Part shown: piece after piece, positions 46,083 to 55,257 of the stretch | How the letters are laid out: each line of letters begins with the position of its first letter | How positions within the stretch are numbered: the first letter of the stretch is position 1 | NCBI GenBank assembly: GCA_902534495.1 | Contig: CACAQC010000001.1 | Span: forward strand, 91,741 to 155,740 | Direction: 5' to 3' | Source of the DNA: an uncultured Candidatus Actinomarina sp. | GTDB taxonomy: Bacteria; Actinomycetota; Acidimicrobiia; Actinomarinales; Actinomarinaceae | DNA length: 64,000 nucleotides | The notes under the pieces: generated by a model | The model's database searches: none | What the model was told of the DNA's origin: nothing | What the model saw: only the letters and a program-made list of their open reading frames with translations | Translations under genes and position numbers: made by a program

Positions 46083-47572
46083 TTTGTATTTTTTTCTATA
46101 AACATTTCAGCTTTACTAAAAATACGCTGTTTTCTTTCTGGATTCATTTTGTCAAGTGAACGAGTTAATAGTGCAAGTCGTGGGTTATTTTCATAAAATG
46201 TTCTATTTTCTTCAGTAAATTTCCAATAAAGTCCATCTAAAACATCACACCAATCACCCTTTTTATAATTGGACATTTTTAAAATATAATTCGATCCACA
46301 TGTGTAAGGCTTTGTTGACATAAGACCACCATCGGCATATGTTGCCATTCCGAATACATTTGGTACCATCACCCAGTCTGAAGAGTCTATATACATTTCC
46401 ATAAACCATTTATAAATTTCTTTAGGAGAGATTCCTGCAAGATTCATGATATTGCTAATTACCATCAACCTTGGTATATGATGAATGTATCCATCATTTA
46501 AAGTAGTTGTGATGCAATCATCAAGAGGGTCTATACCAGTTGTTCCCTCGTACCAAGACTTCGTCAACTTTTTTTCATGATTCCAATAATTTTGTTTAAT
46601 TTGAAACTTGCCTTCTTCATGATAAATACCTCTTATAAATTCACGCCAACCAATTATTTGCCTAATAAAACCTTCAAGTGAATTAATTGGAATATTATTG
46701 TCTGATGCGAACTTCATGGTTTTCTTAATGACAGTTTCTGGATCTAGTAAACCAATATTTAACAACGCACTTATACAACTATGAAATAGGAAATTTTTCC
46801 CCTGTAACATCGCATCTTCATAAATACCAAAATTAGTAAATTTGTTTTTCAAAAAATCTTCGAGTTGTTTTTCAGCTCCTTTTCTGGTGACCGGAAACCA
46901 AATATTTTCTAAGTTTCCAGGGTGTTTATTAAAGTATTGGTTAATCAAATTAACTATGTCGTTATGATGCTCAGAAGCTTTAAATTTTAAGTTTTTTGGT
47001 GGCTCTACTCCTTTAGGAATTTTTTTTCTGTTCTCTTCATCGAATGACCACTTACCTCCAATGGGTTTTTGATCTTCATCAACCAATATATTTAAACTTT
47101 TCCTAGCCTTTTGATAAAAAGAAGACATTCTGTAAACTTTTTTACCTTTAGCCATAGGTACAAAATCTTCCCTTTTAAATAAAAACATTGGCGATTTGAT
47201 AAATGTTATTTCAATCTCTTCTTTTTTTAAGTGTGAAACTAATTCAAATTCAAATTCTTTGTCTTCTATTTCAAACATATGAATACGGTTTATTTTTTTT
47301 GATTTTAAGAATTTAGACAAAAATATGGAATATTTATCTTTGTCATCTCTCTCATCTAGTTTAAAGTAATTGACTTTGATTGAATTTTTCGTAAGTTCAT
47401 CTCTGTATTCTCTCATTGCTGTTAAAAATAAATATAGCTTTGCTTTATGGTGTTTGAAATAAGTACATAATCCAAAATCCTCGGCCATGAAAACTTCATT
47501 ACAATTATTTTTATTTAGTATTTTTGGATTAAAGAGCTGATTGCCAAGTATTATAAAAAATTTGCTTTCCAT
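46079..47572 (-). CDS. Cryptochrome/photolyase-related protein (COG3046, bacterial (6-4) photolyase / FeS-BCP family)
   Basis: Family blocks are present: FIILGNQLF, WREFIRGIY, GYIHHIPRLM, STKPYTCGSNYILKMSNY, LYWKF. I prefer ATG 47572 (MESKFFIILGNQLF), which leaves a 63-nt divergent promoter region with the IDO gene. Confidence 0.8.
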   Translation of the reverse strand: MESKFFIILGNQLFNPKILNKNNCNEVFMAEDFGLCTYFKHHKAKLYLFLTAMREYRDELTKNSIKVNYFKLDERDDKDKYSIFLSKFLKSKKINRIHMFEIEDKEFEFELVSHLKKEEIEITFIKSPMFLFKREDFVPMAKGKKVYRMSSFYQKARKSLNILVDEDQKPIGGKWSFDEENRKKIPKGVEPPKNLKFKASEHHNDIVNLINQYFNKHPGNLENIWFPVTRKGAEKQLEDFLKNKFTNFGIYEDAMLQGKNFLFHSCISALLNIGLLDPETVIKKTMKFASDNNIPINSLEGFIRQIIGWREFIRGIYHEEGKFQIKQNYWNHEKKLTKSWYEGTTGIDPLDDCITTTLNDGYIHHIPRLMVISNIMNLAGISPKEIYKWFMEMYIDSSDWVMVPNVFGMATYADGGLMSTKPYTCGSNYILKMSNYKKGDWCDVLDGLYWKFTEENRTFYENNPRLALLTRSLDKMNPERKQRIFSKAEMFIEKNTN

Positions 47573-47635
47573 GTTAATCGAACATAGTTTACCATTGTAA
47601 TGTAGAAGTAATAAATCTATAGCCATGGGGGAAAC

Positions 47636-48751
47636 ATGAATCAAGATATCTTAAATAGCGGATTTATTCCAGAAGTTGTTTGTGAACAACTACCTGAGGG
47701 TTTTGAAGATATAGAATTGCTAGCAGAAGAGTTACCAAAAGTTTTGGCCAACGAACAAATAACAGATAGGATATCAAAGATTGAAATAGATAAAGATATT
47801 TCAAAACTATCTTTAAGCGAACTTGAGAGAGCAATGCTTCTTTATTCATATATTGGCCATGCTTACATGTGGGGAAAGAGTAGAGTCGAAAACGTAATAC
47901 CTATTCAAATCTCAAAAACCTGGTATGAGATTTCACAAAAACTACATAGACCTCCAGTCCTTTCTTATGCTTCATACGCTTTAAATAACTGGAAAATAGC
48001 AGACCCAGACAAGCCTTTTGATGTTGAAAATATATCTATTATGCAAAATTTTCTAGGTGGAGTAGATGAAGACTGGTTTATCATGATTCACGTTGCCATT
48101 GAATATGAAGCGAAAGAAATATTATCAAATTTGAAATCCTATTTTCTTGAAAAAAATTTAAATCAAACATATTTACAAAAAGCTTTAGATAGTATCAAAA
48201 AAATAAATTCGATTATGAATAGGATGCCAGAAAAATGTGATCCATTTATTTATTACAATCGAGTAAGGCCCTACATATTTGGATGGAAAAATAATCCTGC
48301 AACACCTATTGGTGTAATTTACGAAGGTGTTGATGCATATAATGGAGAACCACAGCTTTTCAGGGGAGAGACAGGTGCCCAAAGTTCAATTGTTCCTGCA
48401 TTAGATGCTCTTCTTGGAGTTACTCATTCCAACGATCCTTTAAGAGAGTATCTTGATGAGATGAGACTTTATATGCCAAAAGAACATAGGGAGCTATTAA
48501 ACGGCTTAGATGAATGGTCAAAAAATGAAAGAACAAAATTAAATATAAATCAAGAATCAATTGAGATAATCAACGAATTAATAAAAGAGGTGCACACTTT
48601 TAGGGACAAGCACCTGGAGTATGCGAGAGTTTATATTTACGAACAGTCATTAACAAACAATTCGAACTCTAACATTGTTGGTACAGGCGGAACTCCATTC
48701 ATGAAGTATCTAGACAAACATTTACAGGAGACAGTTCCAGGAAATGATTAA
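47636..48751 (+). CDS. Indoleamine 2,3-dioxygenase-like haem dioxygenase
   Basis: RGETGAQSSIVPALDALLGV parallels human IDO1 GGSAGQSSVFQCFDVLLG. LYMPKEHRELL parallels YMPPAHRNFL, which holds the proximal His. The N-terminal ERAMLLYSYIGHAYMWG block also matches. Confidence 0.8.
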   Translation: MNQDILNSGFIPEVVCEQLPEGFEDIELLAEELPKVLANEQITDRISKIEIDKDISKLSLSELERAMLLYSYIGHAYMWGKSRVENVIPIQISKTWYEISQKLHRPPVLSYASYALNNWKIADPDKPFDVENISIMQNFLGGVDEDWFIMIHVAIEYEAKEILSNLKSYFLEKNLNQTYLQKALDSIKKINSIMNRMPEKCDPFIYYNRVRPYIFGWKNNPATPIGVIYEGVDAYNGEPQLFRGETGAQSSIVPALDALLGVTHSNDPLREYLDEMRLYMPKEHRELLNGLDEWSKNERTKLNINQESIEIINELIKEVHTFRDKHLEYARVYIYEQSLTNNSNSNIVGTGGTPFMKYLDKHLQETVPGND

Positions 48752-49847
48752 AAAGCTTGGAATTCCAAAAGAAGTAAAACAGGATGAAGGAAGAGTTGCA
48801 TTAATACCTAAGCACATTACCCAATTTACTGGTTTGGCAGATATTTTTGTTGAAACACAAGCAGGATTTGGGTCTGGATTCACTGATAAAGATTATGAGG
48901 ATGCCGGAGCAAAAATAGTACATTCTGCAGAGGAGCTTTATGAAATTTCTGAAATTATATGTAAAGTTAAAGAGCCTCAACCTCAAGAACTAGAATTGTT
49001 AAATTCATCCCATATTTTGTTTGCATATCTTCATTTGTCATCAAATATATCATTAACAAAGGCCTTGCTTGATAAAAAATTAACCGGTATTGCAACTGAA
49101 ATGATAATGGATGGTAAAGAGTACCCATTGTTAATTCCAATGTCGAGGATTGCAGGTAACCTAGCAATTCAGAAAGGTATGCAATTTTTAGAATATTCAT
49201 CTCAAGGTAAAGGAGTCCTTCTATCTGCAATTTCAGGAGAGAAAAATTCAAAAGTTACAATAATAGGTTGTGGTGAAGTTGGCAGAGCTTCAATACACAA
49301 ATCTATTCAAATTGGAGCTTTGGTAACTGCAATTGATGTAAATGAGAACACTTTGGAGGATTTAAAAAATAAATACGGCGAAAATATTTCGACAATAATT
49401 AGTGGAACTGATGAAGCAGTAAATGCAATTAGATCAGCCGATTTAGTAATCGGTGCTGTTTTACTTCCAGGCAGAAAGCCGCCAGTAGTAGTAACAAAGG
49501 AAGACATTAGTGCAATGGAGCAAGGAACAGTAATTGTTGATGTTGCTATTGATCAAGGTGGTTGTGTTGAAGGTGTCAAACCTAATACTCACAGTGACCC
49601 TTTTGAAATAAGAAACGGTGTGATAGTTTCTGCAATTGCAAACCTACCAGGAGCAGTTCCTAGAACCTCTTCTATTGAGCTATCTACAAATTTACAAAAA
49701 TATGTTGATAATCTTTTAATTGAAAACTGGTTTGATAAATATAAAAATAATGAAAGCTTAAGACCTTCACTGCAAATACACAATGGACTTTTGTTATCAG
49801 AAGAAGTCGCAGATAGCTTAAGTTTGACTTTGTCTAAGCTAGTTTAG
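48744..49847 (+). CDS. ald: Alanine dehydrogenase
   Basis: EGRVALIP, CKVKEPQ, LFAYLHLS, IIGCGEVGRAS, VDVAIDQGGC. The Ald catalytic Arg/Lys/His/Asp positions are conserved. It has an 8-nt overlap with the IDO-like gene. Confidence 0.9.
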   Translation: MIKKLGIPKEVKQDEGRVALIPKHITQFTGLADIFVETQAGFGSGFTDKDYEDAGAKIVHSAEELYEISEIICKVKEPQPQELELLNSSHILFAYLHLSSNISLTKALLDKKLTGIATEMIMDGKEYPLLIPMSRIAGNLAIQKGMQFLEYSSQGKGVLLSAISGEKNSKVTIIGCGEVGRASIHKSIQIGALVTAIDVNENTLEDLKNKYGENISTIISGTDEAVNAIRSADLVIGAVLLPGRKPPVVVTKEDISAMEQGTVIVDVAIDQGGCVEGVKPNTHSDPFEIRNGVIVSAIANLPGAVPRTSSIELSTNLQKYVDNLLIENWFDKYKNNESLRPSLQIHNGLLLSEEVADSLSLTLSKLV

Positions 49848-50421
49848 GCATCCATTTTTTTCTAGATTTATTGAAGCTGTCAATTTGATCTATATACCCC
49901 AACGTTATATCAATTTTGTCTAAACCTTCAAGGATTCTTTTTTGAGAAAAATCATCTAATTCAAATGAAAATGCTATTTGCTCACATTGAACTGTTTTAC
50001 TTTCTATAGAAATCACGATGTTAGTACTTGGATTAGCTTCAATTTTCGCAAAAAGTGCATCTACATTTTCTTGACTTGTTTCTATAGGCACAAGACCGAT
50101 ATTGATTGAATTTAATCTGAAAATATCGGCAAATTTAGTTGAAATTATCGCATCAAATCCCCAATCTTGTAACCCCCAAGGTGCATGCTCCCTAGAAGAA
50201 CCAGTCCCAAAATTATCTCCGGCAACTAAAACTTTTGACCCTTGGTATGCTTCATTATTTAAAGGAAATTCAGGCTCTTTCTTCCAATCATAAAACAAGA
50301 ATTCACCATAACCTGAGCGTTCAACACGTTTAAGAAATTGTTTTGGCATTATTTGATCGGTGTCAACATTAGACATATTAAGTGGAAGCATTGTTGAATT
50401 TATAGTGATTAGTTTCTTCAT
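49834..50421 (-). CDS. leuD: 3-isopropylmalate dehydratase small subunit
   Basis: NVDTDQIMPKQFLK and GDNFGTGSSREHAPW. It lies immediately after leuC. Confidence 0.92.
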   Translation of the reverse strand: MKKLITINSTMLPLNMSNVDTDQIMPKQFLKRVERSGYGEFLFYDWKKEPEFPLNNEAYQGSKVLVAGDNFGTGSSREHAPWGLQDWGFDAIISTKFADIFRLNSINIGLVPIETSQENVDALFAKIEANPSTNIVISIESKTVQCEQIAFSFELDDFSQKRILEGLDKIDITLGYIDQIDSFNKSRKKWMPKLA

Positions 50422-51819
50422 TTACAGGTTCCTTATGTCAACAAATTTTCCGTATAAAGCTGCAGCAGCCGCCATTTTTGGACTCACTAAGTGGGTTCGC
50501 CCTCCAGCACCTTGTCTACCTTCATAATTTCTATTTGATGTAGAGGCACATCTTTCACCAGGACTTAAAATGTCTGGATTCATTCCTAAACACATTGAGC
50601 AACCTGCTTCTCTCCAGTCAAAACCAGCTTCAATAAAGATTTTGTCTAATCCTTCCTCTTCCGCTTGTTTTTTAACAAGTGTTGATCCAGGAACAATCAT
50701 TGCACCAATTGTTGACGAAACTTTTTTCCCTTTCACTACTTCTGCAGCTTCTCTTAAATCTTCGATTCTCCCATTAGTACAGCTACCAATAAAAACTCTA
50801 TCCAATTGGATTTCATTAATTTTTTCTCCGGGCTTTAAATCCATATATTCCAAAGCTCTTGATGCCGCTTCCTTTTCAGATTCTTCATTAAAATCATCTG
50901 GATAAGGAATGGTATCGTTAACAAAAATTACCTGTGAAGGATTTGTTCCCCATGATATAGATGGTTCAAGTTCATCAGCGTTTATTGTTACAACTTTATC
51001 AAACTCAGCATCTTCATCAGAGTATAGATTTCCCCATTCAGCAATTGCATCATCCCAGTCAGAACTCTTAGGGGCATAATTTTTCTCTTTTAGATAATTG
51101 AAAGTTACCTCATCTGGAGCAATCATTCCTGCTCTAGCTCCTCCTTCAATCGACATATTGCAGATAGTCATTCTGTTCTCCATACTCATATTTTGAATAA
51201 CATCACCTACATATTCAATGACATGACCGGCTCCACCACCAGTTCCAATCTTTCTGATTATTCCTAAAATTATATCTTTTGGCCCCACTCCTACAGATAC
51301 ATCTCCAATTACTTCTACTTTCATTGTTTTTGGTTTTTCCATTGCCAATGTTTGTGTAGCTAAAACATGTTCTACTTCTGAAGTCCCTATACCGAAAGCT
51401 AGTGCTCCGAAAGCTCCATGGGTTGCTGTATGGCTATCACCACATACAATTGTCATTCCTGGTTGGGTTATTCCTTGTTCTGGCCCTATAACATGGACTA
51501 TTCCTTGACGTGGATCATTAATACCAAATAATGTAACTCCAAATTCTTCACAATTAGTCTCCAAAGCTTCTATCTGAATTTTTGATAGTGGATCTTTAAT
51601 TCCAAGCAATCTGTTAGAGGTTGGAACTCCGTGATCTACTGTAGCAAGTGTAAGTTCAGGATGTTTGACTGACCTGCCTGCGATTCTAAGACTATCAAAT
51701 GCTTGAGGCGAAGTAACTTCATGTACTAAGTGAAGATCTATGAATACTAAATTTGTACTTTTATCAATTGAAGCTACAAGATGCTTATCCCAAATTTTTT
51801 CAAATAATGTTTTTGCCAT
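50422..51819 (-). CDS. leuC: 3-isopropylmalate dehydratase large subunit
   Basis: Aconitase-family motifs VCGDSHT, GSCTNGR and [10 protein letters not shown]. Confidence 0.96.
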   Translation of the reverse strand: MAKTLFEKIWDKHLVASIDKSTNLVFIDLHLVHEVTSPQAFDSLRIAGRSVKHPELTLATVDHGVPTSNRLLGIKDPLSKIQIEALETNCEEFGVTLFGINDPRQGIVHVIGPEQGITQPGMTIVCGDSHTATHGAFGALAFGIGTSEVEHVLATQTLAMEKPKTMKVEVIGDVSVGVGPKDIILGIIRKIGTGGGAGHVIEYVGDVIQNMSMENRMTICNMSIEGGARAGMIAPDEVTFNYLKEKNYAPKSSDWDDAIAEWGNLYSDEDAEFDKVVTINADELEPSISWGTNPSQVIFVNDTIPYPDDFNEESEKEAASRALEYMDLKPGEKINEIQLDRVFIGSCTNGRIEDLREAAEVVKGKKVSSTIGAMIVPGSTLVKKQAEEEGLDKIFIEAGFDWREAGCSMCLGMNPDILSPGERCASTSNRNYEGRQGAGGRTHLVSPKMAAAAALYGKFVDIRNL

Positions 51820-51916
51820 TTCAGATATAAATTATATTATTTTTTTTTAATTTATTCTATAGAGTTGTTTTTTGTTTTATTACCATTTAATCTCTTCTCA
51901 TTTAGAATGAATCATC

Positions 51917-53143
51917 ATGGAAACAATTATTGAAAAGTTTTTGGAAATAGCGATTATATTAGTAGCTGCTAAATTTGGCGCAGAATTAATGAGAAGAATT
52001 AATCAACCTGCAGTAATAGGCGAGCTAGTCATCGGAATCATTATTGGTTATTACGGATTAGGACTTCTTCCACATTTTGAATCCGGAGATGTTGTATCAA
52101 CTTTAGCTGAAATTGGAGTAGTCCTTTTGCTGTTTGAAGTAGGATTAGAAACTAATTTAGACGAGTTTATAGAATTAGGTTCAACTTCTCTTCTCGTAGC
52201 ATTAATAGGTGTTGTTGCACCATTTGCGTTGGGTTTTGGCTCAATCTATGCACTCAATTTAGGAGGAGAAGATCAGTTTGGAATAGCTTTATTCGTAGGT
52301 GCCGCAATGACAGCAACTTCAGTGGGCATTACTGCCAGAGTGTTTGGAGACTTAGGTGCTTTAAAATCAAGAGAAGCAAAAACAATCATAGGCGCAGCAG
52401 TTGTTGATGACATTTTAGGTTTATTAATTCTAACTGTTGTTGCAGGGGTTTTAGGGAGTTCAGGAGATTTTTCAATAGTTGATCTTGGAGTAATTAGCGC
52501 AAAGGCAGTTGGTTTTTTAGTTGCAGTAGTAATTGTTGGAAGAAAGCTTTCAAAACCAATATTTAACTTCTTAGTAAAAATTCCATCACCAGGAACATTT
52601 GTAACGGGAAGCTTTATTTTTGCAATGCTTCTCGGTGCTGCAGCACACTTTGTAGGGCTTCATCCTATTGTAGGAGCTTTTGCAGGGGGAGTAGTTGCCG
52701 GTGAATCAGGTATGACTCATAGAATTAGAGATGAGATGAAGCCTTTAAACTTTTTACTCGTTCCAATATTTTTTGTTTATATTGGTTCGGAAGTGAACAT
52801 TCAAACTTTAGCTTCTCTTGATGTATTTTTATACGGAATGCTGGTAAGTCTTTTAGCGTTTGTTGGTAAATATGTATCAGCTCTTGGAGCTATGGGCAAA
52901 GGTTTAAACACATCTCTCATTGGAATTGGAATGTCTCCTAGAGGAGAGGTTGGATTGATATTTGTTGCTGTTGCTACAACTACGCTATCTGACATTATTT
53001 CAGGTGATATTATTTCAATTATAATATGGATGGTAATAGTCACGACAGTTATTGCGCCTATATTACTCAACAGAATACTGCAAAAAGTACCTTTATCTGA
53101 AAGAGATGATGATGAAAGGTTCGAAACTCCTGTTGTAGAGTAA
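51917..53143 (+). CDS. Cation:proton antiporter (CPA2 / Na+-H+ exchanger family)
   Basis: About 12 TM helices, with LAEIGVVLLLFEVGLE and GAAVVDDILGLLIL motifs. Confidence 0.8.
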   Translation: METIIEKFLEIAIILVAAKFGAELMRRINQPAVIGELVIGIIIGYYGLGLLPHFESGDVVSTLAEIGVVLLLFEVGLETNLDEFIELGSTSLLVALIGVVAPFALGFGSIYALNLGGEDQFGIALFVGAAMTATSVGITARVFGDLGALKSREAKTIIGAAVVDDILGLLILTVVAGVLGSSGDFSIVDLGVISAKAVGFLVAVVIVGRKLSKPIFNFLVKIPSPGTFVTGSFIFAMLLGAAAHFVGLHPIVGAFAGGVVAGESGMTHRIRDEMKPLNFLLVPIFFVYIGSEVNIQTLASLDVFLYGMLVSLLAFVGKYVSALGAMGKGLNTSLIGIGMSPRGEVGLIFVAVATTTLSDIISGDIISIIIWMVIVTTVIAPILLNRILQKVPLSERDDDERFETPVVE

Positions 53144-53207
53144 TTTTTTACTACAAAATAATTTAACTTTATTATTATTAATTTGTTCTAAAAAGGGGAA
53201 AAATTAA

Positions 53208-55250
53208 ATGTTATTAAACTACCAAGGTTCAATCATTGCAGCCATACTAGGTCTGGTACTTGCTGGCTATTTTGCTAACAGAATACTTTCAATAGAAGTA
53301 ACAGACAGGAAAGTTCAAAGCTTATCTGATGCGATAAGGAAAGGCTCAATGGCATTTCTTAAAAGACAATATTCTTGGGTAAGTATTTTTGTTGTCATAC
53401 TTGCAGTTTTAATTTCGACATTAACTGATTGGGGCTATCCATATGGAGCAATAGCATTCATCGGAGGTGCACTTTTTTCATCACTAGCAGGATTTATTGG
53501 AATGAGAATTGCAACAGCTGCCAACGGTAGAACTACAGAAGCTGCAAGAGACGGAGGTACACTCAAAGCTTTACCCGTAGCGTTCAGAGGTGGAGCAGTA
53601 ATGGGATTTTCTGTTGCTGGACTAGGTCTTCTTGGTGTGGCGTTAGGTTATTGGGTATTTATCGACATAATGAATTTAGAAAATGGGTATGATATTTTAG
53701 CTGCAATAGGCTTAGGTGGATCTTCCATTGCTCTCTTTGCCAGAGTCGGTGGTGGTATCTATACAAAAGCAGCGGATGTTGGTGCTGATTTAGTTGGAAA
53801 AGTAGAAGCAGGAATACCGGAAGACGATCCAAGAAACCCAGCAACAATTGCAGATAACGTTGGAGACAATGTTGGCGATGTTGCAGGAATGGGTGCAGAT
53901 CTTTTTGAAAGCTACGTTGGATCTCTAGTAGCACCATTAGCTTATGCAGCAATTGTATTTGCTGGAACGGATGTTTTGCCTTCGCTACTTTTTTTCCCAC
54001 TAGCAGTAGGAACTATTGGTATGTTGGCATCTATCGTTTCCTCTTTTCTTGTAGTCCCTAAGGAAGGCAAGTTGGCTCAAGCACTTCATAGAGGAACTTA
54101 CTCAGCTGCAGGAATAACTGCTATTGGCGTGTATTTTCTATCAAATACGATGTTTGCTGATTTTTCTGAAAACCCAATAGGATTGTTTATATCAGTTATC
54201 ATCGGTTTGCTCGTTGGTATTACTGTTGGCCAAATATCAGAATGGTTTACTTCTGATCACTATTCAATTGTTAAAAATATTGCAGATCAAGCTAAAACTG
54301 GACCAGCGACAGTAGTTTTATCTGGAATTTCTGAAGGAATGCGATCTGCTGCATTCTCTGTAATAGTAGTTGTTATTGGTGTTGGTGGAGCTTACACATC
54401 TGGAGCATGGGCTTTAGGAGAGTCTGGGGGAATTTATGGTGTTGCTGTTGCAGCGATTGGTGTTTTGGCAACACTCGGAATAACCGTTGCAGTTGATGCT
54501 TACGGTCCTATTGCAGACAACGCAGGCGGTATTGCAGAAATGGCCCATTTGGATCCTGAAGTTAGAGAAGCTACAGATGAACTTGATTCATTAGGAAACA
54601 CAACAGCTGCCATTGCAAAAGGATTTGCAATTGGGTCTGCTGCTGTAACAGCATTAGCTTTATTCTCTGCATTTGTGCAAAGCGCAGGTCTGACTGAACT
54701 AGATATTACGCAAGTAGAAGTTACAGCAGGGTTGTTTTTAGGTGGAATGTTTCCTTTCTTATTTGCTGCAATGACAATTAATGCAGTAGGAAGAGCTGCA
54801 TTTAAAATGATTGAAGAAGTCAGGCGTCAATTTAGAGAAATACCTGGATTGCGTGAAGGAAAAGAAGGAGTAACTCCTGAATATGAAGAATGTGTTGATA
54901 TTGCAACTTCAGCAGCTTTAAAAGAGATGCTTCTTCCAGGTGGTCTTGCAATTGTATCACCTTTAATTATTGGTTTCTGGAACAAAGAAGCTCTTGGCGG
55001 ATTTTTAGCTGGTGCTTTAGTAACAGGGTTCTTACTCGCAATATTTATGGCTAACTCAGGCGGTGCATGGGACAATGCAAAGAAATATATTGAAGCTGGT
55101 GGCGGCGCTGGTAAAGGATCTGAAGAACATAAAGCTGCAGTAATTGGCGACACTATAGGTGACCCATTCAAAGATACTTCTGGTCCAGCAATGAATATTG
55201 TTATCAAGGTTATGACCATAGTAAGTCTGATTTTTGCTTCTGCGTTTTAA
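53208..55250 (+). CDS. hppA: Membrane-integral pyrophosphatase (K+-dependent-type signature)
   Basis: GGGIYTKAADVGADLVGKVE, DNVGDNVGD, GNTTAAIAKGFAIGSAA, DTIGDPFKDTSGP. Confidence 0.95.
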   Translation: MLLNYQGSIIAAILGLVLAGYFANRILSIEVTDRKVQSLSDAIRKGSMAFLKRQYSWVSIFVVILAVLISTLTDWGYPYGAIAFIGGALFSSLAGFIGMRIATAANGRTTEAARDGGTLKALPVAFRGGAVMGFSVAGLGLLGVALGYWVFIDIMNLENGYDILAAIGLGGSSIALFARVGGGIYTKAADVGADLVGKVEAGIPEDDPRNPATIADNVGDNVGDVAGMGADLFESYVGSLVAPLAYAAIVFAGTDVLPSLLFFPLAVGTIGMLASIVSSFLVVPKEGKLAQALHRGTYSAAGITAIGVYFLSNTMFADFSENPIGLFISVIIGLLVGITVGQISEWFTSDHYSIVKNIADQAKTGPATVVLSGISEGMRSAAFSVIVVVIGVGGAYTSGAWALGESGGIYGVAVAAIGVLATLGITVAVDAYGPIADNAGGIAEMAHLDPEVREATDELDSLGNTTAAIAKGFAIGSAAVTALALFSAFVQSAGLTELDITQVEVTAGLFLGGMFPFLFAAMTINAVGRAAFKMIEEVRRQFREIPGLREGKEGVTPEYEECVDIATSAALKEMLLPGGLAIVSPLIIGFWNKEALGGFLAGALVTGFLLAIFMANSGGAWDNAKKYIEAGGGAGKGSEEHKAAVIGDTIGDPFKDTSGPAMNIVIKVMTIVSLIFASAF

Positions 55251-55257
55251 AATATAA

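Noticed and set aside
51820-51916. Leader peptide, attenuator or T-box upstream of leuC; also a riboswitch upstream of the divergent CPA2 gene.
   Set aside because: The 97-nt region is almost pure A/T. I could find no Leu-rich mini-ORF, no specifier/T-box sequence and no stable alternative hairpins.
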